A DNA stretch of 62,471 nt, filler included, from Choristocarpus tenellus KU-1152 (lineage: Eukaryota > Protista > Phaeophyceae), in NCBI GenBank assembly GCA_964200185.2. It is 10 parts of 10 records of this genome, joined end to end, with 100 filler letters (N's around TTAATTAATTAA, not from the genome) between each part and the next. Parts side by side here need not be neighbours in the genome. Positions count along the whole stretch, not along the records: positions 1 to 7,711 come from CAXNAD020005708.1; positions 7,812 to 16,604 come from CAXNAD020004327.1; 8 more parts are not named here. One strand, given 5' to 3'. The translations under genes were made by a program, and so were the position numbers. Of this stretch, positions 1-11,958 are shown piece after piece. Numbering within the stretch: position 1 is the stretch's first letter; the number at the start of each line of letters is the position of its first letter. The notes under the pieces were generated by a model. The model was not told the DNA's origin. It was given only the letters and a program-made list of their open reading frames with translations, and did not search any database.

Positions 1-1049
1 AAAAAAAAGAGTTGGGAGGGGGGGGAGGAAGTAATGGTTGAAGAGGGCCCCCGCGTGGGGAGGGGGGGGGGGGGGGGGGTTGCAGAGGTTTCTGGGAGAC
101 TTAAGTCAGAGCAAAAAGGGGTATTTATTGTGAGATGAAAGTGATACCACCACCCTGTCGTAGCAATCCTAAATAATAGACCTTGGCCCCAGAGCCATTC
201 CCCAAATCTCAGGGTAATGCGACAGGAGACGATTATAACCCAGGGCCAAAATGTACTCGCAATGGACAGGTGGCAACAAAGTAGTTGTGAAATTCAGGTG
301 CGAAGTACAATGAATCTATTGAGAAAAATAAATAAATAAAATAACCCTCAAAAAAGAAAAAAAAAACTTGGTGTTTTTGAAAAGATTGAAATTACATTTT
401 TAAAAATGATGTATATGTATCTACGTATATACACGCACAAATAGTTTCAAGTATCCATGTACGAAAGGTGCTACCGGGCGAAGGCATCCCATTGGGCGTA
501 GCTTGTAGACAGGCCATTCTATTGGCGTTCAAAAAAATAAGTACTTCTTTTTCCAGATCTCCTATCGCTCAGTACTATCATTACTTACTCCTGAAAAAAA
601 GTACCAAAAAATTACTTTAAACTATGTCCTACAGTTCGTTCATATTACTATACTATTGCCATACAGAACCCTCTCAATCCCTATGACCTTCTGCAACATC
701 CTTGCACAATTCGGCAGCATAAGAAAAAAGGGTAAGAAGGCACAAGCATCCTCTCGCGGACCCACCCACCAACCCCCCTCCACACAATCAATCGTATTCA
801 ATCAAGTTCCAAGGTCCACAAGACAAGCGTGAGGGAACGCGATCTTGATTAACTAACAGCGGTAGTGAAGTTCAAGAAGTAGATGACAGCGAGAAAGCAC
901 CCTCTCATCACACAGAATGTTCAGTCGGTTGACAAAACTGCCGTATTTTATCCACCATGTCCCCCCTGCCCTGCAATGCCATATTTCAAGGTATATACAT
1001 ACATTAGCAGTAGGAACAGTGGCGTTATAACAAAGGCTACAGGGAGAGG

Positions 1050-1050
<1 letters not shown>

Positions 1051-1102
<52 letters not shown>
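1051..1102. repeat. (CA)n microsatellite
   Basis: About 26 perfect AC units. Confidence 0.95.
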
Positions 1103-1104
<2 letters not shown>

Positions 1105-1261
1105 ATACATATACACACACTCAAGGGGGGTGCTGCCTCCTCTGCGATCCTCGTATCTGTTTGTACAAAACACTTCTCTGCAGGGTATTTTGTTGGTTCA
1201 ATGCAACCTGCACTCAGTGCACTGGGACACGCCTCCTACGAATTCCTCGCTTATACCTCAC

Positions 1262-2005
1262 CCTCGTAATCGAGCAGAGCTTTCCCATACTCCCCCTTGC
1301 GCTCCAGGGCCTGCGCACGGCTGGCCTGTCACAGTATCACAGTGTCGGATGGAGTTTTGTTGCTGAATTCACCTTCATTGCTCTTCCTACTAGTCAGCTT
1401 AGGGATAGGGATAGGGATAGGGATAGGGTTAGGGAGGGGTCCACAGGTAAGACAGCACAAAAAATGCGTGTATCTTCCTCATCAGCACAAGTTTTGAAAC
1501 TTGGACACGCACAGTGTGTGTGTGGGGGGGGGGGGGGGGGGGGGGAGACAAGAGAAGGTTTTCTCACTGTCATTTAAACACCAAGTGTCAGTCACGGAGG
1601 AGAGTTCTCCCAACCGAAGTATGTATATATATATTGACTTATGTAACGGTGTGTTTGTCCCTTAGGCAAAGACCATTAAACACACTGAAAAGCCAATGTC
1701 TACACACCCAAGTCTGCACCTGCGGAAACAAGATCAGAGGTCCTTCCAGGGGAGTATTGAACCCCCATATTGTACGATCTGTGGGGGGGCATTGGTGGAG
1801 AAGTGTTTCCTTCATACGAACTAACAAGCTCGCTCTATAGCACGGACCATGCTCTCTGCCGGACTTGCATCCGTGCGTGCTGCGTATCTCTAAAACCAGC
1901 AGAGCTCCAGGGATAGGGCTATCTTAAGACAATGCACAGTATTGCAAGTATTCGTTCTATGAGGGTTAGGGTTTAGGGTTAGGGTTTAGGGTTAGGGTTT
2001 AGGGT

Positions 2006-2051
<46 letters not shown>

Positions 2052-4906
2052 TAGGGTTAGGGTTTAGGGTTAGGGTTTAGGGTTAGGGTTTAGGGTTAGG
2101 GTTACCATCGGTTCAAACACCTCAAACACGGGCTGTCTTCGCTTCCGTGAAACTAGTGCACTTGCGCAAGAACTCCTTACTCCATGGTGATCAAGTTTTT
2201 GTAGTGACAAAGAGGCCTACGTCGGGAAACGTTTTCGAATTCGAAGCACACCTCAGAGAACAAGCAAGCACTACAAAGGGAAGTACACCGAAACCCTGAT
2301 GCCCATCGTCCATCATGTTGTGTGCGTTTATACACAGCCTGCCTGCCCCACCAACGAACTGCGTTTGAACTGATTCTTGGATGGAGGATTTTTTATTTAT
2401 TTATTTTTTTTACAAGCGAAGCGCGCATGAAAGAGAGCGTGCAGTGTTCTGCTCGATTGCAGATAGAAAAAACTATGCCATTCCTCACGACCATCGCAAC
2501 GAAAAAAAGAGGACGCCTTGTCGAATTTTGCAGCGAAGCCAAGACCTTCTAGCAGGGGTGAAGTTATCAACGAGCACCAGGGGCACAACGAGGAACCAAT
2601 GAAATAAAAGAGACTGTTTCCTTGCAAAGCAGCAAAAGCAAGAACCACAACCCCAGGAGGAGAAGTAGGGGAAAAGGAGAAAAAAGAAAAGACAGCGAGC
2701 GAATCACGTGATGTCCTTTGACTTGATGTCCCGCCTCCCCCACTCACAAGGGTAGAGAGGTCCTTTGACTTGTTCAAGTAGACAGCCTGATCCAGATCTG
2801 ACAAGGCCTTATCATCCTGCCCCAAGGCCAGGTATGTGGCTCCCCTTCGACAATAAAGCAAATGGTGATATTAGAGGGAAGGCGGTGACTGTGCTTGAGT
2901 AGCTTGTATCACAGGAATTATGTGCCGATAGAGGAGTCGAGAGGCAGGGACACAAGCAACGTTGTTGTGACACAAAACAGGGCAAGGACGTAAAGGGGGA
3001 GAGGAAGGAGGGGCAGAAGATGGACACCCCACGACAACCGAACTGTGGGGCAAGGGAATGCGAGAATGAAAAGCTTGCAGTGTCCAGTCTCTACTATTGG
3101 AGCTTACAATAAACTCTACATAAAATAGACACTTCTCTACGATGGTTCAAGGTGCCACTAGTTGCTAGAAAAGTCCATTATGTACTCTAGGTTTATTGAA
3201 CAAACTAGTGGTAAAATATGCGTATGCTTCTCACTCATCTTACTGCACCACCTGTTCAGGGCTAAGGTTGGGAAAATCAACAACCTAGACCTTGATAATA
3301 TGGCTGACAAAATACACTGACATACAACTCCACCACATATAGCTAAGCCCAACAAATGAAATAGGATTACAAATAAAGACTTAGAAAGGTAAAGTCTAAT
3401 CATCAATAAACACCAAATTATTCTCTCTCACACACCCGATAAAAAAAAATATATAGTGAGAATATTCCGCTTGTCATGCATTAATCCCATGTGACACTGG
3501 AAACCATGCTAAGTCAGAGCACATGTATCGCTCTGTTTAGGATGTTCTAAATAAATTATCTTAACTCAGCCCTATTTAACAAAGGTCAAGAACCATCTGA
3601 CCTGTTGAGATAGATGACCCAGGCGTCTGGGATGTTGATTTCCTGCCCCAGCTCAAGAGCTTTTGAGTAGTCAGAGATAGCCCCTTCTAAATCACCCTGG
3701 GCAATAAGCACATTACCCCTATTACTCCACCCGTACACATATCCTGGAGAATACTTTATGACCTATTGAGAGATCACATGGGTTTGTACAGGACCAAGAG
3801 CAGGGAGCTTATTTCATGTAATCCATGGTGGTGTCTGTGGCAATGTGTGCGAGGTGCGCATCTGTGGTTGATGTGCAAATCCGCTCGCACGCAAAGGGGA
3901 ACCGATGTCCCCTCTAGCCACGACTCCACCCCCACAGGGCACACAACTCACCTGGTTGTAGAGCTTCAGCGCCTTGTCAAACTGTGCAACGCTTCCAGCT
4001 GTTTGCGCCTGTCACAGATTATGGATTGTGTTATCCAGGACGCAATTTTATGGCCAAGGAAAGGATGTCAAGGGAAAACAACAATGCAAGTCACGGAGGT
4101 AGTCAAGGGATAGGCAGGTTGGCACAATATGTTCGACTTCTGAGACGTCGATGTGATCTGTACGGAAATAGTTGAGCCCAAAATAGGATAGTCACACAAA
4201 TCATGCCATCCCTATCTCTTCCTATCTCACTTTCTGATACTGGCCAAGGAGCTCCCCTTCGAGTTTTGCTGTTGGTGTCGCTGGTGGCACACTTCCTGTG
4301 GCTGTTTGCAGAAGTGGAGGTGCTGGAGATATTTCCGCGTGCACCCCTGCTGGGATAGTGCCAACCTGTTTTCCCAAGGTGGGTAGGGTGGGATACATGA
4401 GTCCATATCACGCAGTGAATATTCAATGGTAGCGGATCCAGAGCATGTTACAGCACACAATCGGGTCTGTAACGCTTTCTGCCACTTACCACGAGCGCGG
4501 CAGCCACCACACCCACGACAGCGTTCTTAAGTCTACTAATGTCCGACCTCTCATCTACCATTTGCATATGGGACGCCCTAGGTGTTCCTATAGCCCTGAT
4601 CAAGGAAGATCTCCCAGTACAGGACGACGATACCACCTGTGTGTGGGAGGTTAGCTATACTTGAGCCATCGTTTGGTAAGTCACCAACATGGTGAGCTCC
4701 AGTACAAATGTTTGGGAGTGAATGCCACGAGGAGTATCAGTCTTGATGTGTCAGCTTAACAGGTCCGAGAAGATATAATGAATACAACAGGGCCACACCA
4801 CCTGAAATGCATATCCCCTGTGGAGGGGTGAAATCAAGAGGGTCAAGAGTCCTCCTGGCAGTGACAGTCTTCGCATTGAAAGCATTTTGAATATTGTCCT
4901 CATCAT
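1262..4906 (-). CDS. Plastid (thylakoid-lumen-type) tetratricopeptide-repeat protein, 7 exons, 3' end not found in window
   Basis: Phase-consistent GT-AG exons on minus strand: 4906-4802, 4636-4490, 4365-4231, 4008-3952, 3762-3602, 2844-2748, 1325-1262. Spliced product: MMRTIFKMLSMRRLSLPGGLLTLLISPLHRGYAFQ-VVSSSCTGRSS...NAVVGVVAAALV-VGTIPAGVHAEISPAPP...GQYQK-AQTAGSVAQFDKALKLYNQ-VIKYSPGYVYGWSNRGNVLIAQGDLEGAISDYSKALELG...WVIYLN-RGATYLALGQDDKALSDLDQAVYL...STL-ASRAQALERKGEYGKALLDYE. Consecutive TPR consensus motifs. Confidence 0.88.
1399..1434 (+). repeat. (GATAGG)n / TTAGGG-variant microsatellite
   Basis: ttagggatagggatagggatagggatagggttaggg inside a TPR-gene intron. Confidence 0.85.
1962..2104 (+). 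repeat. Interstitial telomere-like array of mixed TTAGGG/TTTAGGG units
   Basis: About 143 bp of mostly alternating TTAGGG and TTTAGGG with unique sequence on both sides, inside intron 1326-2747 of the TPR gene. Confidence 0.93.
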
Positions 4907-6060
4907 GTTTCATATTTCTACTTCATGGTCAAGTGTCCATCCACCATCCGTCCATCCATATATTCCCCATTTTCACACAAAAACAAAAAACGAACATGAA
5001 AAAGGTGGAGACAACACTCCTTCAGGATGAGATCACCCACCTACTCAACCAGGTCGCTTCGATTCTATTCACTCCCAGCTGGCAAACCTCCCAACAGAAC
5101 CCAGGGTTGGAACGGTGTCTTCTACAATACCTTTACCTCGGCACAAGACCAGGAGCCAGTGTGGGCAAGGGGGTCAAGAGTAAACCACTCAAACCCTTGA
5201 GCCAGCAATATGCAATACATTCCCCATTATTTTGCCTCACAGTGACCCGGTCTTTAGGGGTTTAGAAGGAACTATCCAGCTCCTGCCCAGTAGCTCAATG
5301 TAGATAACAGAGTGTGGACACCAGCCACACACGCATATGCCCCAGGGATGGAGAACAAGCACAGGACCACAATCCTGTTGGTCAGGCAACTGGGCAGTTT
5401 CTTCAGGAAAATGAGTATCTGCACTGTGAAGGATAGAAGTTCCATGACCATTAACCCGAATTTTCGTATGGATACGGCATTCCATGCTGTGGCTAGCCAC
5501 TGCCCCTTCATAAGGAAAGGGCATACTACTTAATGGATGTGACCTTCTTTGAGGTCTTAGCAGCAACAATTTCACCAAACAACCGTGTCGTTGCTGCCGC
5601 AACCGAGGCCGACCCAGGGGCACAACCAGTAGGAGAGATCTTTTGACCGTCGTAATTTTAACTTCAACACCTTCGCAGAGAAAGCTTCAGGTGTCTAGGC
5701 ACACACACACAGCAATTTCTGGATGAGTTAGCGAGATGTAGTGATTGGTAGGATGACAGAGGGCCCTCTAGTTGGAAGGGAGACGTGACAGGTGTGCCGT
5801 TCATTTTACGCTGGAGATATCAGGTCGTTGGCTATAAGGGAATTGAAAACTACTCCCAACATGACACCAGAAAGCATCTAAAACAAGGGAAGACTCCAAC
5901 AAGTCAGTCAACTCTAGTTGGTTGTCTTAGCTTTCTTGTGTTCGTATTGTTAAATTCCCCACAAATGTCGTTTTGTTTCTTCTGTAGAACGTTGTGTTTG
6001 TTTGCATTCTTTACTTTGTGTATTTTGTTTTTCTTACATGACAACATTTGGAAAGTGGTA

Positions 6061-6983
6061 CTTCATTTGTCCCATAGTCTGGGCCGTTAAGTTGTAGCTC
6101 TTCTTTGGGATGACCTCCGATTACAAAACGGAATTTTGCTTGGATTCCTTGGAATATTTTGTATTAAATTACAAAATTTCAAATAATTCTACGAATAATT
6201 CTGTTCTGAAAATTCCAGATCCTTCCCATAATTTCAACGGCAAGGTCGGGCTCTGGAGGGTTTGCTTCACGAAGATGACGGAACAGACTAAAGCACGGTA
6301 CACAAAGGGCAAGGAGTACAAAGTCAACGTCACCATCAACACCGAGTGAGTGGTACCTGGAGTGATACACGGAGTAGCTGTTGCCAGCGATCAAGGAAAA
6401 AATGCCATGGCTGGAATCGGGGGGGGGGCTCCATACAGCAGGACGGTGCAACCACACATACAGGCAAGGGTAGGGTGCAGAAGCTGAACGCAGCAAGGAT
6501 TGAGGAGGGATGGAACTTTCAGCTTGTGACGCAGTCAGTGCAGTTGCCAAATCTCAACATCAATGATTTGGGGGGGTTGAATCTCTGAAGAGCAGGGTTT
6601 GGGCGCGTTACTGCACCATTGATGAACCTGTAGAGGGGGTTTCAAGTGTTCCATGCGTACGATACACACACGCTCGAGAGGGTGTGGCAGAGTCTGTTCA
6701 GGAGGTACAATCAGGTGTTAAGGGTGCTTGGGGGGCACGATTTAGAGGTAGAGCACACCTGGACCAAAAAAAGGCTGTGGGAGGCCAGGTTGGCTAGATT
6801 AAAGTAGACTGAGTGGACTCTGTGGCAGCCCTGGTTTGGTGGGTTGACAGTGTCGAATAAAGGTAAGACATATTTTTTCATTGTAAAATATCTTAAGGAA
6901 TCCAACGCAAAAGTCTGTTTTTTGATCGGAGGTCATCCCAAAGAGCTACAACTTCACAGCCCAGACTTATGGGATGGAGGGAG
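6061..6983 (+). mobile_element. Internally deleted plant-type (DD39D) mariner element with Stowaway-like TIRs and TA TSD
   Basis: About 100-bp imperfect TIRs (right end ...CTTATGGGATGGAGGGAG; left end CTTCATTTGTCCCATAGTCTGGG...). TA at 6059-60 and 6984-85. Internal degenerate transposase FNGKVGLW...IQQDGATTHTGKG...VTQSVQLPNLNINDLG matches the QQDNAxxH / QPxNSPDxNxLDLG motifs. Confidence 0.88.
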
Positions 6984-7711
6984 TATAGAGGCATAATTTA
7001 ATTGTATACTCAAATATAGTATTAGAGTGTAAAATGAAATACATTGTGGTTTTGTTTAAAAGGGATAAGAATATCCACTACGAAAATCAGATTGCGCAAA
7101 ATGAAATTCACTATCAAAATGAAAAAATGGAAAAAAACAAGAAACGCCACCCGAAGGTGAAGGACAATTCGAACCACGTTCAGCACGGTTAGTGGGCGCC
7201 CCGTGACGAAAGAGCAGTCTACCTTAGCCCGTGTTAGCTTCTATCTGTTTCGACCCTTCCCTGGACATTCCCCAGTGGATTGAGCGATGGAGGTAGGTCT
7301 TTGTCCGAATGGTGTCTACTTCTATCGCTCACCCTGTCTGTAGCTAAAGCAAGTGGGGATCGAAGCACAGAATGGGGAACGGATGTGACTGGTCGAACAG
7401 GTTATGATACATTGCTTTTTGGAATGAAGGAGGTTCGTATTTCGCAGGAACCGAACCAGGTTGTTTGCTAAAGGTAGCACAGGCAGCGGGCGAGGAGTTC
7501 TGGGTTAAAAGAGGTTGAAGCATTCGTGCGAGGGTGCCAGCACACTGTTGACAACCTCTTGGTGTGGCAGCGAAGTTTGGCTTGATACCTCATCGTGCAT
7601 GGACGTCCTGTTCTGGCGAGGAAGTCCTAGTTCCTGCCTAACGATCGGGGCTTCGGCTGAGGCAGGGAAAGGGTGTGACATGCTAGCAAAAATAACACAC
7701 GCATCTCCCAT

Positions 7712-7811
7712 NNNNNNNNNNNNNNNNNNNNNNNNNNNNNNNNNNNNNNNNNNNNTTAATTAATTAANNNNNNNNNNNNNNNNNNNNNNNNNNNNNNNNN
7801 NNNNNNNNNNN
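7712..7811. other. Artificial contig linker (44 N + TTAATTAATTAA + 44 N)
   Basis: Identical 100-bp spacer with stops in all six frames. Recurs at 16605-16704, 20093-20192, 30551-30650, 38374-38473, 43863-43962, 48623-48722, 53460-53559 and 59050-59149. A separate 10-N gap is at 13716-13725. Confidence 0.97.
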
Positions 7812-7971
7812 GGGTGGCGGCTGTCCATTTGGGGTCAATTTTTTTTTTTTTTTTTTTTTGGGTGATTTGGTTGCATACGTCGGATGGTTACTGTAAATGC
7901 ACTTTTCGTCATTTTGACCCAAATGGGCACCCTGGTGTAGACCACCCCCCCTCTCCCAGATACTTTGGGTC
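7812..7971. mobile_element. MITE family A copy (left end cut by linker), apparently nested in a family C MITE
   Basis: GGTGGCGGCTGTCCATTTGGGG...CTCCCAGATACTTTGGGTC; aligns with 50633-50813 (inverted) and 62383-62471. Confidence 0.85.
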
Positions 7972-8102
7972 AACAGGTGTGTCCGGAACAAGGATATTGA
8001 CACTTCCCAGCAAACACGATAACAAAAATTGCATCAAAATCGCAACATTGTATTTTGGCCCCCCAAACGGACACGGCTCTACCCTCTAAGATACTTTGGC
8101 TC
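7972..8102. mobile_element. MITE family C, one half
   Basis: GGTGTGTCCGGAACAAGG...GGACACGGCTCTACCCTCTAAGATACTTTGGCTC; matches 42903-43030 (inverted) and 54520-54654. Confidence 0.85.
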
Positions 8103-11100
8103 TCATACAATTTTCTTGGTTTCTTGTTCTGTTTGTCTCTCATCACACTGCACCATCCACCTGTGCATTCCTCACAGACCACTATTACACACAGCACTGC
8201 ATACTCACTTTAGGGTATCACATTCTCCTGGATACTCCAAACATCACATTGCACCTCCAACCCAAAATTGCCACAGATCCACCATCCACAAATATTTTTG
8301 ATTATGCAATCCTACCCTTGCATCATATTCCCCTTGAAGCCTAGAAATACCCCTCACAGTACACCCTCAAGTATGCATACCTTGCACACACTCCTCCCCC
8401 CCTCCTGGATCTAGAGATGCAAATCCTAACGATCAACTTGCCACAATTCATTTAAATCATGACTAATCGAAACCAAAAATTGAGGAGAGATCTCTCATGA
8501 ATAATGTTTCACTCAAAGGCCCACTGCACACCATACTTGTGGAGTTCAGCAATTTGTACACTTCAATTCATGTGCCACGTGTACGTTTTCATTAAAATCG
8601 AGCACCTCGAAAATTCTAGAGTTCATTCAACCTATACTTAGGGTTGATTTCGATTCACAACACTACCAACATCACACTGCAACCCTCCCAGTGAATTTCA
8701 TACTCCAAAGTACATCACACTCTCACAATATCACACACCCTGTAATTCCTGGTATCCTCAACTTCCACACCTCAATACAAATTTGCGAGATACACACTCC
8801 CATCAAGTGTCCAGCGTGACTGCTGCAACTACTACTATTGTCCCTATTTCAAAATCACAAAGCACCGCTTCACATGTTTTAAAGTAAATTTTCTTCACGA
8901 ACTACAGGAGAGCAACCTTAAAACCTTCTGCTGAGGCTGGGTGGGTGGCCACCTGGATTACTCTTCCATGTACGCAGCCTTACATATTTTGCACCTATTC
9001 TCTTCAAAAGCCATCGGCGAGCAGCCTCAAAACGATTAGGTGAGCCTCACGATAGAGCCAGTTTCCCAGCAACTTTATAAATAGAAGCATACATACAGCT
9101 CGGCAGGCTGCTGACTGATCTAGAAATTTCCTGTGTACCACCAACTTGGAAATCGGCACTCAGAGGAGCGGTATGACGCTACGTATTCACCTCTGAACGG
9201 TACAAGAGACTCCACATTTACCGCCAACATTTTTCTCCTAGTCAAATTATTCCGCTGACGAAACCGAAATCGTATTTAAAACACTGATTCCTAGCTAGCT
9301 AGGTGCCTCGGTGCCTCGGTTACTGTTGTGCTTAAGCATGATAGCATTTTTCGAGTTTTCATCACACCCCATTCGAGAGCAATGTCCAAACTATTTGATG
9401 CAACTGTCCTGTGTGATAGTTCTGTACCTGCACAGTAACTGCGTTGTGCATACATAACAAAATGAGAATACGCACACTAATTGCTGCTTCTTGTGAAGCG
9501 TGTGAACCTACCCTCACTGGGTTGACAAATGATGGATCATGGACCAAAGTCATGCTAGCCACCAAGCACAACTATTGTTCTGGACCAAAACTGCACCATT
9601 ATATTTCAAAATTGGTCAACACTCCATCAGCAGTACATGAAGTATACTTGGAACAAGATATGCATTATGTGTTTCTTGGAGCGGTGACTGCGAACCACCC
9701 TTTAACAGTGAAACTAGTGCATCACAAATCCAGGACGTGCCAGCCACCAAAGAACAAAAAAAGTTCAGGGTCAACTACCTTGACTCCTCCCAAAATGGTT
9801 GAACTACAAGTGGATTAGTTGAGGGTAACAACAGTTTCCAACTATCCACACAGATCGCCTCTAGTGACACCTGTAACTATCTGTACCAAGAACTGCGTAG
9901 CTTTTGAATCCATCCCCTGTCTAAGTTCTTTCGGCATGCCCAAGCAGTGACCAGCTTGCATCGTTTTGGATGATGTTCCTTCACACACGATAGGAGTGCG
10001 AGCCCAAATATAATGGGTGCAGTCTGTCTTTTGCCTGTCTAGCTGGTTGACCCCCTTGCCTTCCATCTGCGCCCTCGGGCTTCTTGCATGTATTGTCTTG
10101 ACAACTTGTTGAGATAGAGAACAACCACAACACAATTTGGTAAGGCCACGCAGCCAGGTAAGAATGTTGAGTCCAAGTGCTCTTCAGTCCAGGACATGAA
10201 TTTCAAGCATCTAATCCACCTATCCTCATGCAATATACTTCCAAGACCTTCGACATGACTTGCACAAGCAAGGCATCTGGCAATTCCAATATCCTCTTGC
10301 ATCTTGCCACCCAATGGGTCAAGGAGGGGGTCAAACTGCGTGCAGGCACACCATACCCACGACATCCCTACACAGAGCCTTGAATTGGTCTCCAATATTG
10401 GAGACTGCAACCGCAGAATATGTGGTCATATCAATGCCTACAAGATCACCATGGTGAGAAGCTTGCTTCTTGTGACTACTCAGTCCTCAGCGCATAGCCC
10501 TCACCAGTACACCATGAATCCATGCTGCTTTCCTTCCTCGATTCATGGTATTACTGTGCTTCCTTGACCTATGCTGCTGTTTTATTATGTTGCCCATGAT
10601 CACTTTCATGTCTACCACAATAACGTCGAGAGATCAGGTTTATCCTGTAGGACTGGGAGCAGCTGCTCTCTCATTGCCCAGGCATTCGATCTTTACTTTG
10701 GAAAGTTCAAAGGGCGTATTTTGCATATTCTATTCAACTCCAAGAAGTAGGTGGGTGAGCATAATAGAAGGGAATATGTGTGTGTGTGTGTGCGTGTCGA
10801 TGTCAAATAACGAATGCCAAAGGGTAGGCAAAGAAATTCTTGCCCAGTGGGATAGATCTGACTCAGCAGCTGGTATAAAGGTCATGCTGACTTGCAACAT
10901 ACAAGAGTAGTTGGGTCATGTCAATGGCATCCGCGAAATGTTCAGGGGCAGTGTGTATGCTGAGGTGATACATGCACCAGGGTTGCCTGGGTTTGTGCCT
11001 CTAGAGACTGAAAGTTGCACTACCGCCAATTACTTGGCAAAATACCCTCAATGTGTCTACATCCCTTCTATCGATGTGGAGGACAGTTTAAGTGCATGCA

Positions 11101-11958
11101 GTGACAGCTCCCCCTGGCCCTGTACCGGGCATTCACTTTGGACAAAGTCCAAGGGAAGGCACAGTGGTTTGTCATCAATCTTGGTCCTCGAGAAAGGACA
11201 TCAGGGCTTACACATATCTTATCTCAGTGAGGTCAAGCATATCAAAGATCAGGCAACAGTTTGTACTACGCCAGTCAATTGACAGGACAAGACAAACAAG
11301 AAAGCAGTGGTCAAGGCTAGGACCAGAGAGGTGAAGCACCATCAGCTAGGGACCATGGTGCTCCGGCTGTACCAGGAGAGACAGGGGGGATGTGCTGAGC
11401 TAAGAACATAAAATAATAACAAATAAACGGGCCATAAAACGGACAATAATGGATCACAGACCAGACCAATGCTAGCCATCATCAACACAATGCGTTCTGA
11501 GCCAACTATTTCAGTCTATCCTTGCCCTACAGGTACACAGTTCTGAGAAGAGGGGGGGCTGGCGACTGCTACAGCCATTGCACAATCCGCCTATCTCTAT
11601 TTCCATCAACAGCCACGATATGGTTGTGATTCAACCCGTGAGCAAAGTGCATTACGTTCCTACTACAGTACTGAATAAATGTGTAGTAAACAATAAAATA
11701 AGACCATGTGCGTTTGTGTATAAGTACTAATAATGGGGGAGGTGGGGGTCTGATCGCGGAGAGTGCTATCCACACCGTGTGATTCTAGCAATAGGTACAA
11801 CTCTCTGTGTTTCAACTAAGAATCACACTGCATCACTACTACTACTATACTACACTATAGCAGCTAGTAGCGTAAAGCAAGTGCAAAGCCCAAGTGCACT
11901 TTAGATATGTGTACACGCGCTGAGCGTACTAAGGAGAGTCGGCGGGGGATGAACTTGC

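Noticed and set aside
853-1577. ORFs with CVCVCV / HTHTHT / RDRDRD / GIGIGI runs
   Set aside because: These are translations of microsatellites and have no coding signal.
1962-2104. True chromosome end
   Set aside because: Unique sequence and in-phase exons of the same gene lie on both sides.
2845-2880. Apparent in-frame TAA before YHHLLYCRRG suggesting the TPR gene is a pseudogene
   Set aside because: The acceptor tgtcgaag|G at 2845/2844 joins the previous exon in phase (YLN-RGATY), so the stop is intronic.
7756-7767. Recurrent TTAATTAATTAA motif as a biological repeat or piggyBac/PacI site
   Set aside because: Always centred in exactly 44+44 N; it is a six-frame-stop linker added during concatenation.
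9250-9275. Hammerhead ribozyme core (CTGACGA...GAAA)
   Set aside because: No stem II or flanking helices can form; other CTGANGA hits inspected also lacked the structure.
9400-11300. Fanzor/TnpB or other transposase in degenerate frames
   Set aside because: No RuvC or zinc-finger motif set was seen; only weak, ambiguous fragments.
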